Below, in pieces: positions 49,115 through 58,452 of a stretch of DNA of 64,000 nt. A program made the position numbers and the translations under genes. The notes under the pieces were generated by a model. It was given only the letters and a program-made list of their open reading frames with translations, ran no database searches and had not been told where the DNA came from. The stretch covers positions 64,001-128,000 of the forward strand of contig CAVQBK010000002.1 of assembly GCA_963710755.1 (NCBI GenBank). Direction: 5' to 3'. This DNA is from an uncultured bacterium. Its GTDB lineage: Bacteria; Oederibacteriota; JAAXVQ01; JAUVAV01. Within the stretch, counting starts at the first letter, position 1. Each line of letters begins with the position of its first letter.

Positions 49115-49951
49115 ATGCCCAATTATCATTATACCACACGGCCTCCCAGCTATTCTTTCGGCCATCCCTGGACCCCGGCGATAAAATTCTTAATCATTTT
49201 CAATGCCCTGCTGTTTTTGTTAAAAATGGTGTTCAGTCAGTCGCCATGGTTCAATTTCCTGGGCATTCAGAGCCCGGAAATGTTTACCTATGGCCGCTTT
49301 TGGCAGCCCTTGACCTACCTGTTTGTGCATCATGATTTTTGGCATCTTGCTTTTAATATGTTGGCGTTGTGGATGTTCGGCTGTGACGTGGAAAAAGTCC
49401 TGGGTACTAAAAATTTTTACTATTACTATCTTGCCACGGGCGTGCTCACAGGCGTGGTGGTGGCCTTGGTCGCCCGCTTGGCAGGGGAACACAGCCTCAC
49501 GGTTGGCGCTTCGGGTGCCATTTTTGCCGTACTCCTGGCTTACGGCATTTTATTTGCCGAACGCACCATTACCCTGCTCCTTTTCCTGGTGATTCCCGTG
49601 ACCATGAAAGCCAAAACCATGGTCATCATTTTTGCCATTATTGAATTCATTGCCGGCGTGGGTAATATTTTCGGACAGGTTTCACACCTGGCACATCTCA
49701 GCGGCCTGTTGATCGGCTACCTTTATTTTATGCTGCTCTATCCCAATCAATTGCGTCAGTTGGATTTATTCCGGGGCGTGCGCAGGTGGTGGAGAACACG
49801 GCATATCAAGCTGGTTGATTCTGAACTTCAAGTAGATCAAATTCTGGAAAAAATATCCAAAGTGGGCATCAACGCCCTCTCCAAAAAGGAACGACAAATT
49901 CTTTCCGAAGCCAGCAGACGCCGTCACGATCATCATCCGGAAGATAATTAG
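49115..49951 (+). CDS. rhomboid intramembrane serine protease with C-terminal helical tail
   Basis: WQPLTY, HLAFNM, GASGA, AHLSG; C-terminal VDQILEKISKVGINALS..E. Confidence 0.92.
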   Translation: MPNYHYTTRPPSYSFGHPWTPAIKFLIIFNALLFLLKMVFSQSPWFNFLGIQSPEMFTYGRFWQPLTYLFVHHDFWHLAFNMLALWMFGCDVEKVLGTKNFYYYYLATGVLTGVVVALVARLAGEHSLTVGASGAIFAVLLAYGILFAERTITLLLFLVIPVTMKAKTMVIIFAIIEFIAGVGNIFGQVSHLAHLSGLLIGYLYFMLLYPNQLRQLDLFRGVRRWWRTRHIKLVDSELQVDQILEKISKVGINALSKKERQILSEASRRRHDHHPEDN

Positions 49952-50151
49952 GTTCTGTTGGGACGTGGGTTTGCATCCAACCTTGGGCTGCAGGACCCAG
50001 GCATGCCTGGCCCCTGCCAATGCTGTTATGTTGAACAAATCCTGACCAGGCCAAAGAACCCATCACACTGCTCCGGTTTTAGCTTAATACAGGATTCTTG
50101 ATTGACGCAAGCGTTTCGCCAATCTTGTCTGCCAAGGGCAGGCCCTTCCCC

Positions 50152-51432
50152 TTAAGTCCCGCTTTTTCTTCTCTCAAAAGGAATAATATTACTGGCTTCT
50201 TTGGAGGCCGCTTTTTTCCGGATTACCTTTTTCCCGTTTTTTTTGGCAACCTTGGGACGTGTACCGCTGACCGCGCTCTTTTTTACTGTTTTCTTGGTAG
50301 CTGGTCTGGCTGTTTTCTTAGTGGTTTTTTTCGCCACTTGTTTCTTTGCCGGCGTTTTTTCTTCATCTTTCTGCTTGGTGGGACGCCCGACTTTCTTTTT
50401 GGTCGTTTTCTTAACGGTTTTCTTAGTAGTCTTTTTCACCGTTTTCTTTTTCGGCTTTACCCGGGCAGCTTCAGAAATAGTAACTGCGGCGGCGGTTTGA
50501 GTTTCAGACGGAGCGGCCGGTTTTTTAACCGCCTTTTTATCTGCTCGACGAATGCGAGCTTTGGGTATTTCCGAAACGCCTATTGGCGTTTCTTTTAAAC
50601 TTGGCGCTGCCTGGACAGATTCCGGTGTTTTTTCCTGGACGGCCGGTGCTTCAGGTTCCACAGGATGCGGTGGCATTGGCTGGGGCATGGGCAGTTTCTC
50701 AGACCGACCTTGTTCTTTCGGTATTTCCTGTTCTTCTAAGTCGGGACGGACAATATTTTTTTCATCCGCTGCAAAAGTTTCGGACGTGTTGTCGTGATTG
50801 GGACTAGGTTGTTCAATCCCGGCCTTTGCGTTGGCCTCAGCTTCATGATCGTGAATGTTCTGACGACGGCGCAGAATAAGATAGGCCAGTATCAGGATAG
50901 CCAGAAGAATGATCAGCAGCACCCACCAGAGGCCAGCCTTCTTTTTAGCAGGCTGACTGGCTGCAGGCGAGGCCATGCCCACCACGGCAATAGGAGTGGG
51001 GGTCCAAAACGCACCCACCTCGGTGGGAACACCGTAGGCCCCTGCCGTCTTGTCGTTTTGAGATGTCCCGGTGGTGGTCGGGACCGCGGTAGGAACAAAG
51101 ACAAAGGGTTCCGATTGCGGTGCCAAGTTTTTAGCTTTTTCCGATTTAGGTTGGGTTGTGGTGCCTTGGGCAGGTATGGAGGCCAGAGCCTTGGCGCGGG
51201 ATTGACGGTCGTGGCCTTTACGGCGAGTGCTTACCGGTGGTACCAGGGTTGGCGTTGCCGCAACCTCCGCTATGGTTGTACTAACAGGTGTCTCCATGAT
51301 CGTGAGCGTGGCTGTAACCGTGGGACTGAGGTCGAGCGACGTAGCCTTCACGGTCTCCTTATTTTGGGCACAGGAAAGGATCCCCAGCAGGATTACCAGG
51401 GTTGTTGCCATTATCCATCTAAACCGATTCAT
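50152..51432 (-). CDS. putative lipoprotein with internal TM and Pro/Lys-rich low-complexity regions
   Basis: ILSC lipobox-like motif, T/P-rich linker, TM GLWWVLL...LILRRR, KKTVKKTT repeats. Confidence 0.7.
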   Translation of the reverse strand: MNRFRWIMATTLVILLGILSCAQNKETVKATSLDLSPTVTATLTIMETPVSTTIAEVAATPTLVPPVSTRRKGHDRQSRAKALASIPAQGTTTQPKSEKAKNLAPQSEPFVFVPTAVPTTTGTSQNDKTAGAYGVPTEVGAFWTPTPIAVVGMASPAASQPAKKKAGLWWVLLIILLAILILAYLILRRRQNIHDHEAEANAKAGIEQPSPNHDNTSETFAADEKNIVRPDLEEQEIPKEQGRSEKLPMPQPMPPHPVEPEAPAVQEKTPESVQAAPSLKETPIGVSEIPKARIRRADKKAVKKPAAPSETQTAAAVTISEAARVKPKKKTVKKTTKKTVKKTTKKKVGRPTKQKDEEKTPAKKQVAKKTTKKTARPATKKTVKKSAVSGTRPKVAKKNGKKVIRKKAASKEASNIIPFERRKSGT

Positions 51433-51630
51433 TCGTCCCCCTTATGCTGATGGTTATGGTCACAGAAGGTAAAGAAAACTCGCCCACAGCATTGCCCTAA
51501 CTCACCCGATCAGGTCCACGGTACGGCAGGTGATCCTTGCTCCAAGCTTACAAACAGGGCTGCAAAATTCATCACTCATGATCTTAAAAGACTGTGGTGA
51601 AACAAACATCAAAACCGAAAAAGGACCGCA

Positions 51631-52147
51631 GCGAAGCGTCCCTTTCCTATAATATCTTTTCCGATCGGGGCTGCGAAGCGTCCCTTTCCTATAATATCTT
51701 TTCCGGTCGGGGCTGCGAAGCGTCCCTTTCCTATAATATCTTTTCCGATCGGGGCTGCGAAGCGTCCCTTTCCTATAATATCTTTTCCGATCGGGGCTGC
51801 GAAGCGTCCCTTTCCTATAATATCTTTTCCGATCGGGGCTGCGAAGCGTCCCTTTCCTATAATATCTTTTCCGGTCGGGGCTGCGAAGCATCCCTTTCCT
51901 ATAATATCTTTTCCGGTCGGGGCTGCGAAGCGTCCCTTTCCTATAATATCTTTTCCGGTCGGGGCTGCGAAGCGTCCCTTTCCTATAATATCTTTTCCGG
52001 TCGGGGCTGCGAAGCATCCCTTTCCTATAATATCTTTTCCGGTCGGGGCTGCGAAGCGTCCCTTTCCTATAATATCTTTTCCGGTCGGGGCTGCGAAGCG
52101 TCCCTTTCCTATAATATCTTTTCCGATCGGGGCTGCGAAGCATCCCT
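51631..52147. repeat. tandem array, 12 full plus 1 partial copy of a 42-bp unit
   Basis: Unit GCGAAGC(G/A)TCCCTTTCCTATAATATCTTTTCCG(A/G)TCGGGGCT starts every 42 bp from 51631 to 52135. No spacers. Confidence 0.97.
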
Positions 52148-52158
52148 CTGGCTGTTAC

Positions 52159-53559
52159 TTATTCAATACTGTATTCCTTCATTTTATTGTACAAGGTTTT
52201 ATAATCGATCCCGAGTTTTTTAGCGGTAATGGATCGATTCCAATGATAAGTTTCCAGTATGCGGCGGATTACTTTTTTTTCAACTTCCGCCACTTTGCTC
52301 TTTACTATTTCCTTCAGGGAAGCATTGGACAGATCAATGGCTTCCTCCTCGGCTGTGGTCATAAGTTCGGCCTTTGGTTCCACCGTGGCCAGAAGATTTT
52401 CTGGCAAATGTTTTTTCTCAATGACATCCTCGGCCAACACCACAGCCCGCTTGATGACATTTTTTAATTCCCGCACATTTCCGGGCCAAGGATATTTCAT
52501 GAACAAGCTCATCACATCAGGATCAATACCGGTCACCGCTTTATTAAAACGGTGACTAAACACATCCATAAAATTTTTAACCAGGATTTTTATATCTTCT
52601 TTTCTTTCCCGCAGTGGCGGCAGTCTTAATATGAATTCGTTGAGCCGATAATAGAGGTCTTCTCTAAAGCTGCCTTCCTGGATGGCTTTCTCAAGATGAA
52701 TGTTGGTGGCGGTAATGACCGTGCCGCTAAAGGGCAATTCTTCCTTGCCGCCAAGACGGGAAAATTTTTTCTCTTGCAGTACTCGCAGTAACTTAACCTG
52801 TACGGACACAGGCAAATTGCCGATCTCATCTAAGAACAACGTGCCGTGACCGGCTTGTTCAAAGCGGCCAATGCTGCGGCTGTAGGCTCCAGTAAAAGCA
52901 CCTCGTTCATAACCAAAGAGTTCACTCTCCACCAGATTCTCGGGCAGGGCCGCACAATCTACGGAAATAAAGGGTTCTTTAGCTCTTTTACTACGCACAT
53001 GCAGAGCCCGGGCAGTCAACTCCTTACCTGTGCCCGAATCCCCCCGGATCATGACCGTGATGTCATGGCGGGCAATGCGTTCGATGGTTTTAAGCAACTC
53101 TGAAATTTCCTGCGATTCACCGAGTATTTGCTCCGCGCTATTTTGCAATGCAATTTGGGTGCGTAGAGTCAACACCTCTTTTTGCAAGGCCATAGATTTC
53201 ATGGCGTTGCCTACTGTGATGATTAACTCATCCAAATTAACCGGTTTGGCTACGAAGTCATAGGCACCCAGTTTCATGCATTTAACGGCAGTGTCAATAT
53301 CACCGAAAGCTGATAGCATGATCACCTGGGCATCGGGGTACAAGTTGCGAACTTCTTGAAGGACTTGGATACCATCCATGGGTTGCATGCGGATATCCAA
53401 GAGGAAAAGATCAAATTTTTGATTTTTTGATAATTCAATGGCGCGGGGACCGTCATTGGCAATGACCGTGGTGTAGCCGGCATTTTTAAGGGCCTGCGAG
53501 ACAAACATGCAATGTTCCGGTTCATCGTCAACGATAAGAATCGTTCGGTCTTGGCTCAC
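52159..53559 (-). CDS. NtrC/AtoC-type sigma54-dependent response regulator
   Basis: REC, GDSGTGKE, ESELFG, GAFTGA, LFLDEIG, REDLYYRL, WPGNVREL, HTH. Confidence 0.93.
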   Translation of the reverse strand: MSQDRTILIVDDEPEHCMFVSQALKNAGYTTVIANDGPRAIELSKNQKFDLFLLDIRMQPMDGIQVLQEVRNLYPDAQVIMLSAFGDIDTAVKCMKLGAYDFVAKPVNLDELIITVGNAMKSMALQKEVLTLRTQIALQNSAEQILGESQEISELLKTIERIARHDITVMIRGDSGTGKELTARALHVRSKRAKEPFISVDCAALPENLVESELFGYERGAFTGAYSRSIGRFEQAGHGTLFLDEIGNLPVSVQVKLLRVLQEKKFSRLGGKEELPFSGTVITATNIHLEKAIQEGSFREDLYYRLNEFILRLPPLRERKEDIKILVKNFMDVFSHRFNKAVTGIDPDVMSLFMKYPWPGNVRELKNVIKRAVVLAEDVIEKKHLPENLLATVEPKAELMTTAEEEAIDLSNASLKEIVKSKVAEVEKKVIRRILETYHWNRSITAKKLGIDYKTLYNKMKEYSIE

Positions 53560-53588
53560 TCTTGCTCCCGCTTTCTCTGATTTTTCAC

Positions 53589-53617
53589 ATTGTATGCATT
53601 AAGAAAGCGCTATGCAA
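53589..53617 (-). promoter_or_regulatory. sigma70-type promoter of the NtrC-type gene
   Basis: TTGCAT-N17-TACAAT on the minus strand. Confidence 0.55.
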
Positions 53618-53697
53618 GTTTTATTTTTGCACCATCGATACTTTAGCTTGGCCGGCTGTCACAGAACCAGCCAGCCGAGGTATTAAATAGGATAATT

Positions 53698-53771
53698 TGG
53701 AGGCGGCACTCGGAATCGAACCGAGGATGAGGATTTTGCAGACCCTAGCCTTACCACTTGGCGATGCCGCC
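53698..53771 (-). tRNA. tRNA-Cys(GCA)
   Basis: GGCGGCATCGCCAAGTGGTAAGGC...CTGCAAA...GGTTCGATTCC...GCCGCCTCCA. Confidence 0.96.
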
Positions 53772-53886
53772 TTAACTGCCGAAGAGACCACCACTGTTAC
53801 CGCCATTTTCCCGGACTGGCAGAAGCGTTGGCTATAAGCTTGAAAATGGAAACTGCCGGGTTGGATACCGGCAGTGACGTAGACGT

Positions 53887-53961
53887 TGGAGCGGGAAATG
53901 GGGATCGAACCCACGACATCTACCTTGGCAAGGTAGCGCTCTACCACTGAGCTATTCCCGC
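53887..53961 (-). tRNA. tRNA-Gly(GCC)
   Basis: GCGGGAATAGCTCAGTGGTAGAGC...TTGCCAA...GGTTCGATCCC...CCCGCTCCA. Confidence 0.96.
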
Positions 53962-53975
53962 ATCTGTAGGCGGAT

Positions 53976-54004
53976 ATAATACGCAAGGCTTTTTTTTATG
54001 TCAA
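53976..54004 (-). promoter_or_regulatory. sigma70 promoter of the tRNA-Gly/Cys pair
   Basis: TTGACA-N17-TATTAT on the minus strand. Confidence 0.75.
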
Positions 54005-54074
54005 GATTTTTTTACCAGTTGCGAAACACCATTACAATGGTCTTATTTTATTCCCGAGGTTGTCTCCAGTAAGT

Positions 54075-54899
54075 TTAAACATCCACTTTAAGGCCCAGGT
54101 CGTTCCCCACACCCTCCACGACAGCTTCATCCACAATTTCCTTTTTCATCAGGAAACTTTCCAGCAAACAGTTATCGCAAACAGTATTAATCAAGCGGGG
54201 GATACCTTTGGAAAAAAGGAATATTTGCTTAAACGCCTCCGGGGTGAATAAATCTTTGGGATTGCCGCTGACTGTGATCCGATGGCGTATGTATTCAATG
54301 ACATCCTTTTCCTGCAGGCTTTGCAAGGTGAACTTCAAAGCGATCCGTTGTTGCAGGGGCGGATCAAGAGCAATGTTTTGTTCCAGTTCAGGCAGCCCGA
54401 TCAAACAGATGGACAATAATTTTTGCCCAGGTGCTTCCAGATTTAATAGCCCTCTGAATTCCTCAAATATTTGCCGGGTAATAAGCATGTTGGCCTCATC
54501 AATAATGACCACGGCTTTTTTTCCTTGCTCGTAGATCTCCATCAAGCGTTCGTAGAGTTGCGGTAGGATGACTGCTTTCTTGTCACCCGGTTCGGCCACA
54601 CCCAACTGGGAGGCGATTTTTTTCAGCAACCATTCCGCGGTGATCTCCGAATGGACGATTACCAACAAAGCAGCTTCATACTGGTTATCGTTCTCCAGCG
54701 TCTCCAATAATTTTCTAGCTAACAGGGTTTTTCCGCAGCCAATCTCCCCGACCATGACGGCCAACCCTTTCATGGTGCTGATGCAATGCATCAAACGAAC
54801 CAGAGCTTCCGAGTGCTGTCGGCTCTCGTAAAAAAATCGCGATTCAGGGGCGTTGGAAAAAGGTTGCTCATTCAGCCCAAAAAAGGCTTCGTAACTCAA
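54075..54899 (-). CDS. ExeA/GspA family AAA ATPase
   Basis: YEAFFGLNEQPF, GEIGCGKT, IIDEA, LIGLPEL, GIPRLIN..CD. Confidence 0.9.
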   Translation of the reverse strand: MSYEAFFGLNEQPFSNAPESRFFYESRQHSEALVRLMHCISTMKGLAVMVGEIGCGKTLLARKLLETLENDNQYEAALLVIVHSEITAEWLLKKIASQLGVAEPGDKKAVILPQLYERLMEIYEQGKKAVVIIDEANMLITRQIFEEFRGLLNLEAPGQKLLSICLIGLPELEQNIALDPPLQQRIALKFTLQSLQEKDVIEYIRHRITVSGNPKDLFTPEAFKQIFLFSKGIPRLINTVCDNCLLESFLMKKEIVDEAVVEGVGNDLGLKVDV

Positions 54900-54915
54900 G
54901 GGAAAACCTCCTTAG

Positions 54916-57081
54916 TTATACATAGGATACACGACCCCGTCGTTTAGGGGGCGGTTCCTGGTCATCATCGGATGACTTGCTCTGACTTGGTTTGCTACTT
55001 TGATCAGTCTTGCCGGCAGATTCCGTCTTTTGTGCTTTGGCCTTTTGTTCAGCAGCCGCTTTTTCTTCCAAGGCCTTCTTTTCCGCAGCGACCTTGGCTT
55101 CCGCCGCTTTTTTATCCGCCGCGTTTTTTTCCTGCAAAGCAACTTCCGACTGCTTGCGCACCCGCTCCTGCTCCGCCATTTTACTTTCCAATTCCTCTTT
55201 TTTCAACTTGGCTTCTTGATTACCCGGTTCAATCTCAAGGATTTTTTGATAAATTTTCAATGCCTCGTTGAGCAAGCCTTGCTTGGTATAAATTTCCGCG
55301 ACCGTGACCGTCATGAATTCATCCTGACTGTCTCCGTCGATTTCATCCTCTTTATCATGGCCCAAGGTCTGAAACCCTCCGGCTTTTGAATTCTCATTTT
55401 TTGTAGCAGCAGCACTTTCCTTTCCGGACAGTCGTTGAGACCTGATTTTGGCCTCATGTTGGGCTTTTTCCCTTGCTTCCCGCTGCACTTGCTGGTCGTC
55501 GATCTCTCTTTCCTGATGATTGCTTTTACGCGCCACGGCGGTTTCAGGATTAATACCCGCGAACATTGCGTATACCCTGGTTAAAGCACTCTTAACGGTT
55601 TCATTTTGTGGATCTGTTTTTAATATTTTTTGATAAATTTCTATGGCTTCATCCAGCGATCCTTGTTGAATATAGGTGCCGGCGATATTCATCATCATCT
55701 GCATATTAGTTTCACTATCCACCGGAGTCACCGGAGCTGGCGGCGCTGGAGCTGGGACAGATTCCGGCTCCAGGGTAGGCGCCAAGGGTGGCTCCTCTTC
55801 GGGGGGCATTGATGATAGGGGTGGCGGTGCCTCCTGTGCTGGTGGTGTCTCTTGATTAACTTCGCCGCCCGTGATTTCTTTTGCCTTGGACCGCATTTGC
55901 GCTGCTGCATCGGTCTTACCCATGGACTCCAACACTCCAGCCAGGGCCAGACAAGCCTCTGCTGCCTGATTTTCCAAGCCTGCATTATAGGAAGCGTCGG
56001 CCAATTTCAGATACAATTCCTGATTGGTGCTGTTGAGCGCGATGGCCTGGGTAGCGCAGACAGCCGCGTTTTCCCATAATTCTTCCCCAGCAAATGCATC
56101 CATGGCTTGAGTGAATTTCTCGCAAGCCTTGGTAGTATCGCCCTGTGCTTTGGCTGTGTACGCCCAAGTTTCCAAAAGCTCGGGATTTTTATTGTCCACT
56201 TTCAGCAAACGCTCATAAAGTCCTGTGGCCTCTTCCGAACGATTGGCTTGCTGGTACAGTTGTGCCAGAAAAGTCAATCCGCCCTGGTGATTAACCTTAA
56301 ATTTTAAAAGGGTTTCAAATTCCTGGATGGCTTCTGCGTGATTTTGCTCCTGCAAAAACACCAATCCCAGATAATAATGGGCTTCGATACTTTTTAATTG
56401 AATAGCCTTCTGAGCAAAAACTTTGCCTCTTTCCAGATCACCATTTCTGATGAGCTGTTCCGCAGCATAGAGATACTCTTTTTTAGCATCTGAATCCGAC
56501 CCTTGTTTAGCAAAGGTTTCGGCCAAGGCAATATGGGCATGAATAAAGGTTGGTTTGATTTGAAGAATATGTTGAAATAGGGTAACAGCTTTGTCAAAAG
56601 CTTTAGCACTGTAAAACAAGTTGCCTAGAGCCAGGTAATATTTGGCGGCTTCGCCCATCAGCTGCTGCTTTTCCAATAATTGAGCCAACTGTTGCAGGGT
56701 TTCCTGATCTTTGGCATCTTTCTCAATGGTCTGTTTGAGGGACTTAATTTCCGCTGTTTCTTCGCCCTGTTTATCCGGCAGGGCTTGAAGTTCAGCTTCA
56801 AAATCGCCCACGCTATCAGGATCCAAACGAATCATGGCCTTTTGAATGGCCTCGATTTTTGAAGTTAAATGCTGTTTTTTACTAATAAGCAGGGCATGGC
56901 GGTAATGTTTTAGAGCCTCAGATACTTTCCCCAATTTCCCGTAGCAATAACCCGCCATCGTCAGTGGACTGGCATCGGTTGGATTGGCTTGGAAATATTG
57001 TTGGTAGTATTTTATAGCGTCTTCCAACTGTCCGTCTTTTAACGCCATAAATGCTGAACTTGCCAGCGATTTTTTTTCCAT
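54916..57081 (-). CDS. tetratricopeptide repeat protein
   Basis: Multiple TPRs, Pro-rich linker, TVTVAEIYTKQG motif, basic C-terminus RRGRVSYV. Confidence 0.85.
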   Translation of the reverse strand: MEKKSLASSAFMALKDGQLEDAIKYYQQYFQANPTDASPLTMAGYCYGKLGKVSEALKHYRHALLISKKQHLTSKIEAIQKAMIRLDPDSVGDFEAELQALPDKQGEETAEIKSLKQTIEKDAKDQETLQQLAQLLEKQQLMGEAAKYYLALGNLFYSAKAFDKAVTLFQHILQIKPTFIHAHIALAETFAKQGSDSDAKKEYLYAAEQLIRNGDLERGKVFAQKAIQLKSIEAHYYLGLVFLQEQNHAEAIQEFETLLKFKVNHQGGLTFLAQLYQQANRSEEATGLYERLLKVDNKNPELLETWAYTAKAQGDTTKACEKFTQAMDAFAGEELWENAAVCATQAIALNSTNQELYLKLADASYNAGLENQAAEACLALAGVLESMGKTDAAAQMRSKAKEITGGEVNQETPPAQEAPPPLSSMPPEEEPPLAPTLEPESVPAPAPPAPVTPVDSETNMQMMMNIAGTYIQQGSLDEAIEIYQKILKTDPQNETVKSALTRVYAMFAGINPETAVARKSNHQEREIDDQQVQREAREKAQHEAKIRSQRLSGKESAAATKNENSKAGGFQTLGHDKEDEIDGDSQDEFMTVTVAEIYTKQGLLNEALKIYQKILEIEPGNQEAKLKKEELESKMAEQERVRKQSEVALQEKNAADKKAAEAKVAAEKKALEEKAAAEQKAKAQKTESAGKTDQSSKPSQSKSSDDDQEPPPKRRGRVSYV

Positions 57082-57258
57082 GGACTAACCTGCCCCTAAT
57101 AATTGCACAAAAAACCTATTATATTGGTTCACTCTATCACCGGCCTTTACCTAGTGTCAAGGTAAAACTCCGTCACTGGAAAAGCAAGCAATTTCAAGCC
57201 AAAACACTCTTCTCGGCTCGCGTCGGAACACAAGCCCAGACGAGCTCATGATTGGCTA

Positions 57259-57287
57259 TTGACAAAGTTTAAGTTTTTTCTTATGAT
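57259..57287 (+). promoter_or_regulatory. sigma70 promoter of tRNA-Leu
   Basis: TTGACA-N17-TATGAT. Confidence 0.75.
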
Positions 57288-57297
57288 CTAGCTCCGT

Positions 57298-57384
57298 GCC
57301 GGAGTGGTGAAATTGGTAGACGCAGGGGACTCAAAATCCTCCGCCCTCTGGGGCATGACGGTTCGAGTCCGTCCTCCGGCACCA
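57298..57384 (+). tRNA. tRNA-Leu(CAA)
   Basis: GCCGGAGTGGTGAAATTGGTAGAC...CTCAAAA, long variable arm, GGTTCGAGTCC...CCGGCACCA. Confidence 0.96.
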
Positions 57385-57408
57385 GCCTTGCTCCCTATTT
57401 TTTTCAAT

Positions 57409-57446
57409 AAAAAAGGGACCGTCCCAGCATAGGACGGTCCCTTTTT
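57409..57446. terminator. bidirectional intrinsic terminator
   Basis: aaaaagggaccgtcc-cagcata-ggacggtcccttttt between convergent genes. Confidence 0.85.
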
Positions 57447-57459
57447 GTTTCTCTTTTTC

Positions 57460-58332
57460 TTAGGATGCCCGTTTGTCCACTACAAAATCACTTTTTTTCA
57501 TTGTTTGGGCATATTGCTTTAATTCATTGGCAATATCATCAATTTGAGCATAGTGCGCCAAATTTCGCCTTTCATTGGTCACCACAGAAACCGTTAGTGG
57601 CATAATGGGATACTTGAGTACTTCACCTTTACGATTTATATTTATAATGTAACTATTTTTCCGGTCTTCTCTGTCATATTGCTGTGAAATCAATTTGTCG
57701 AAATTTTCAATTAACTTAGAACATACCAAAGGATATTTTTCCGGTGAGGTAATAATGACGAAATTGTCCCCACCCAGATGACCAACTACGTCATTGGCAT
57801 TGCCATAATCCCTGGTCACATCAAAAATAATTAAAGCTGTGAATTTTAATAGCTTATCACCCCGTTGATAACCATATCTAAGGTTATAAGCACGAAAATT
57901 ATCCAAATCAATATAGCAAATCGCTGTTTTTGTGCCTTCCGATAGGCGTCGATCAATCTCTTGTTGGATAAAAAAGGGATCAGGCAAATTAGTCAGTGGA
58001 TGGACGCGTTGGGCGCCTTTGGAGTCGGCGTAACTATCTTCGATATCCTGAGAAACACTGAATTGGCTGGTTTCCTTGACTTTCTTCTTTAAGGTTTCAT
58101 CCTCTAAAAAGGCGGAGGAGGTTAACAAATCATTGATTCTTAAATTATTCTTTTCCAGTGTTTCTTTTAAGGTAATGATTTTCTTTACCATGGTTTTACT
58201 GTATTTGCGATGACCTGAGGGGACACGAACTGGAGTGATCAATCCAAGACTTTCCCAATAACGCAAGGTTCTCTCCGAAAGACCACTAAGTTTCGCGGTA
58301 GCACCAATCCCTATTAGTTTCTCTTTCATCAT
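57460..58332 (-). CDS. MerR-type HTH fused to a GGDEF-like domain (GGDNF)
   Basis: IGATAKLSGLSERTLRYWESLGLI.P.R..SGHRKY; PLTNLP, YIDLDNF..YN..YG...GD, HLGGDNF. Confidence 0.85.
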   Translation of the reverse strand: MMKEKLIGIGATAKLSGLSERTLRYWESLGLITPVRVPSGHRKYSKTMVKKIITLKETLEKNNLRINDLLTSSAFLEDETLKKKVKETSQFSVSQDIEDSYADSKGAQRVHPLTNLPDPFFIQQEIDRRLSEGTKTAICYIDLDNFRAYNLRYGYQRGDKLLKFTALIIFDVTRDYGNANDVVGHLGGDNFVIITSPEKYPLVCSKLIENFDKLISQQYDREDRKNSYIININRKGEVLKYPIMPLTVSVVTNERRNLAHYAQIDDIANELKQYAQTMKKSDFVVDKRAS

Positions 58333-58452
58333 TGGCACCTACTTTGATTAGTTTGGCTAGGTTATACATCATTATTACAGGCATTAATTATTTTGTCAAC
58401 TTTACATTAAATGTTTTAGCAATTAATTTGTACATTTAAAAAAAAGTTAAAA

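Noticed and set aside
50098-51450. Plus-strand Phe/Leu-rich ORFs, and similar antisense ORFs throughout the window
   Set aside because: They are antisense shadows of Lys-rich or otherwise well-supported minus-strand genes.
51631-52147. CRISPR array
   Set aside because: Units are contiguous and near-identical with no unique spacers, and there are no cas genes in the window.
51631-52147. Tandem sigma70 promoters from the repeated TATAAT
   Set aside because: The hexamer 17 bp upstream is GGGGCT and there is no extended -10 TG, so promoter support is poor.
53621-53986. 121-aa ORF
   Set aside because: It is a reading frame running through tRNA-Gly and tRNA-Cys.
57298-58450. Genomic island integrated at tRNA-Leu
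   Set aside because: No integrase and no duplicated tRNA 3' end seen. Core genes follow immediately.
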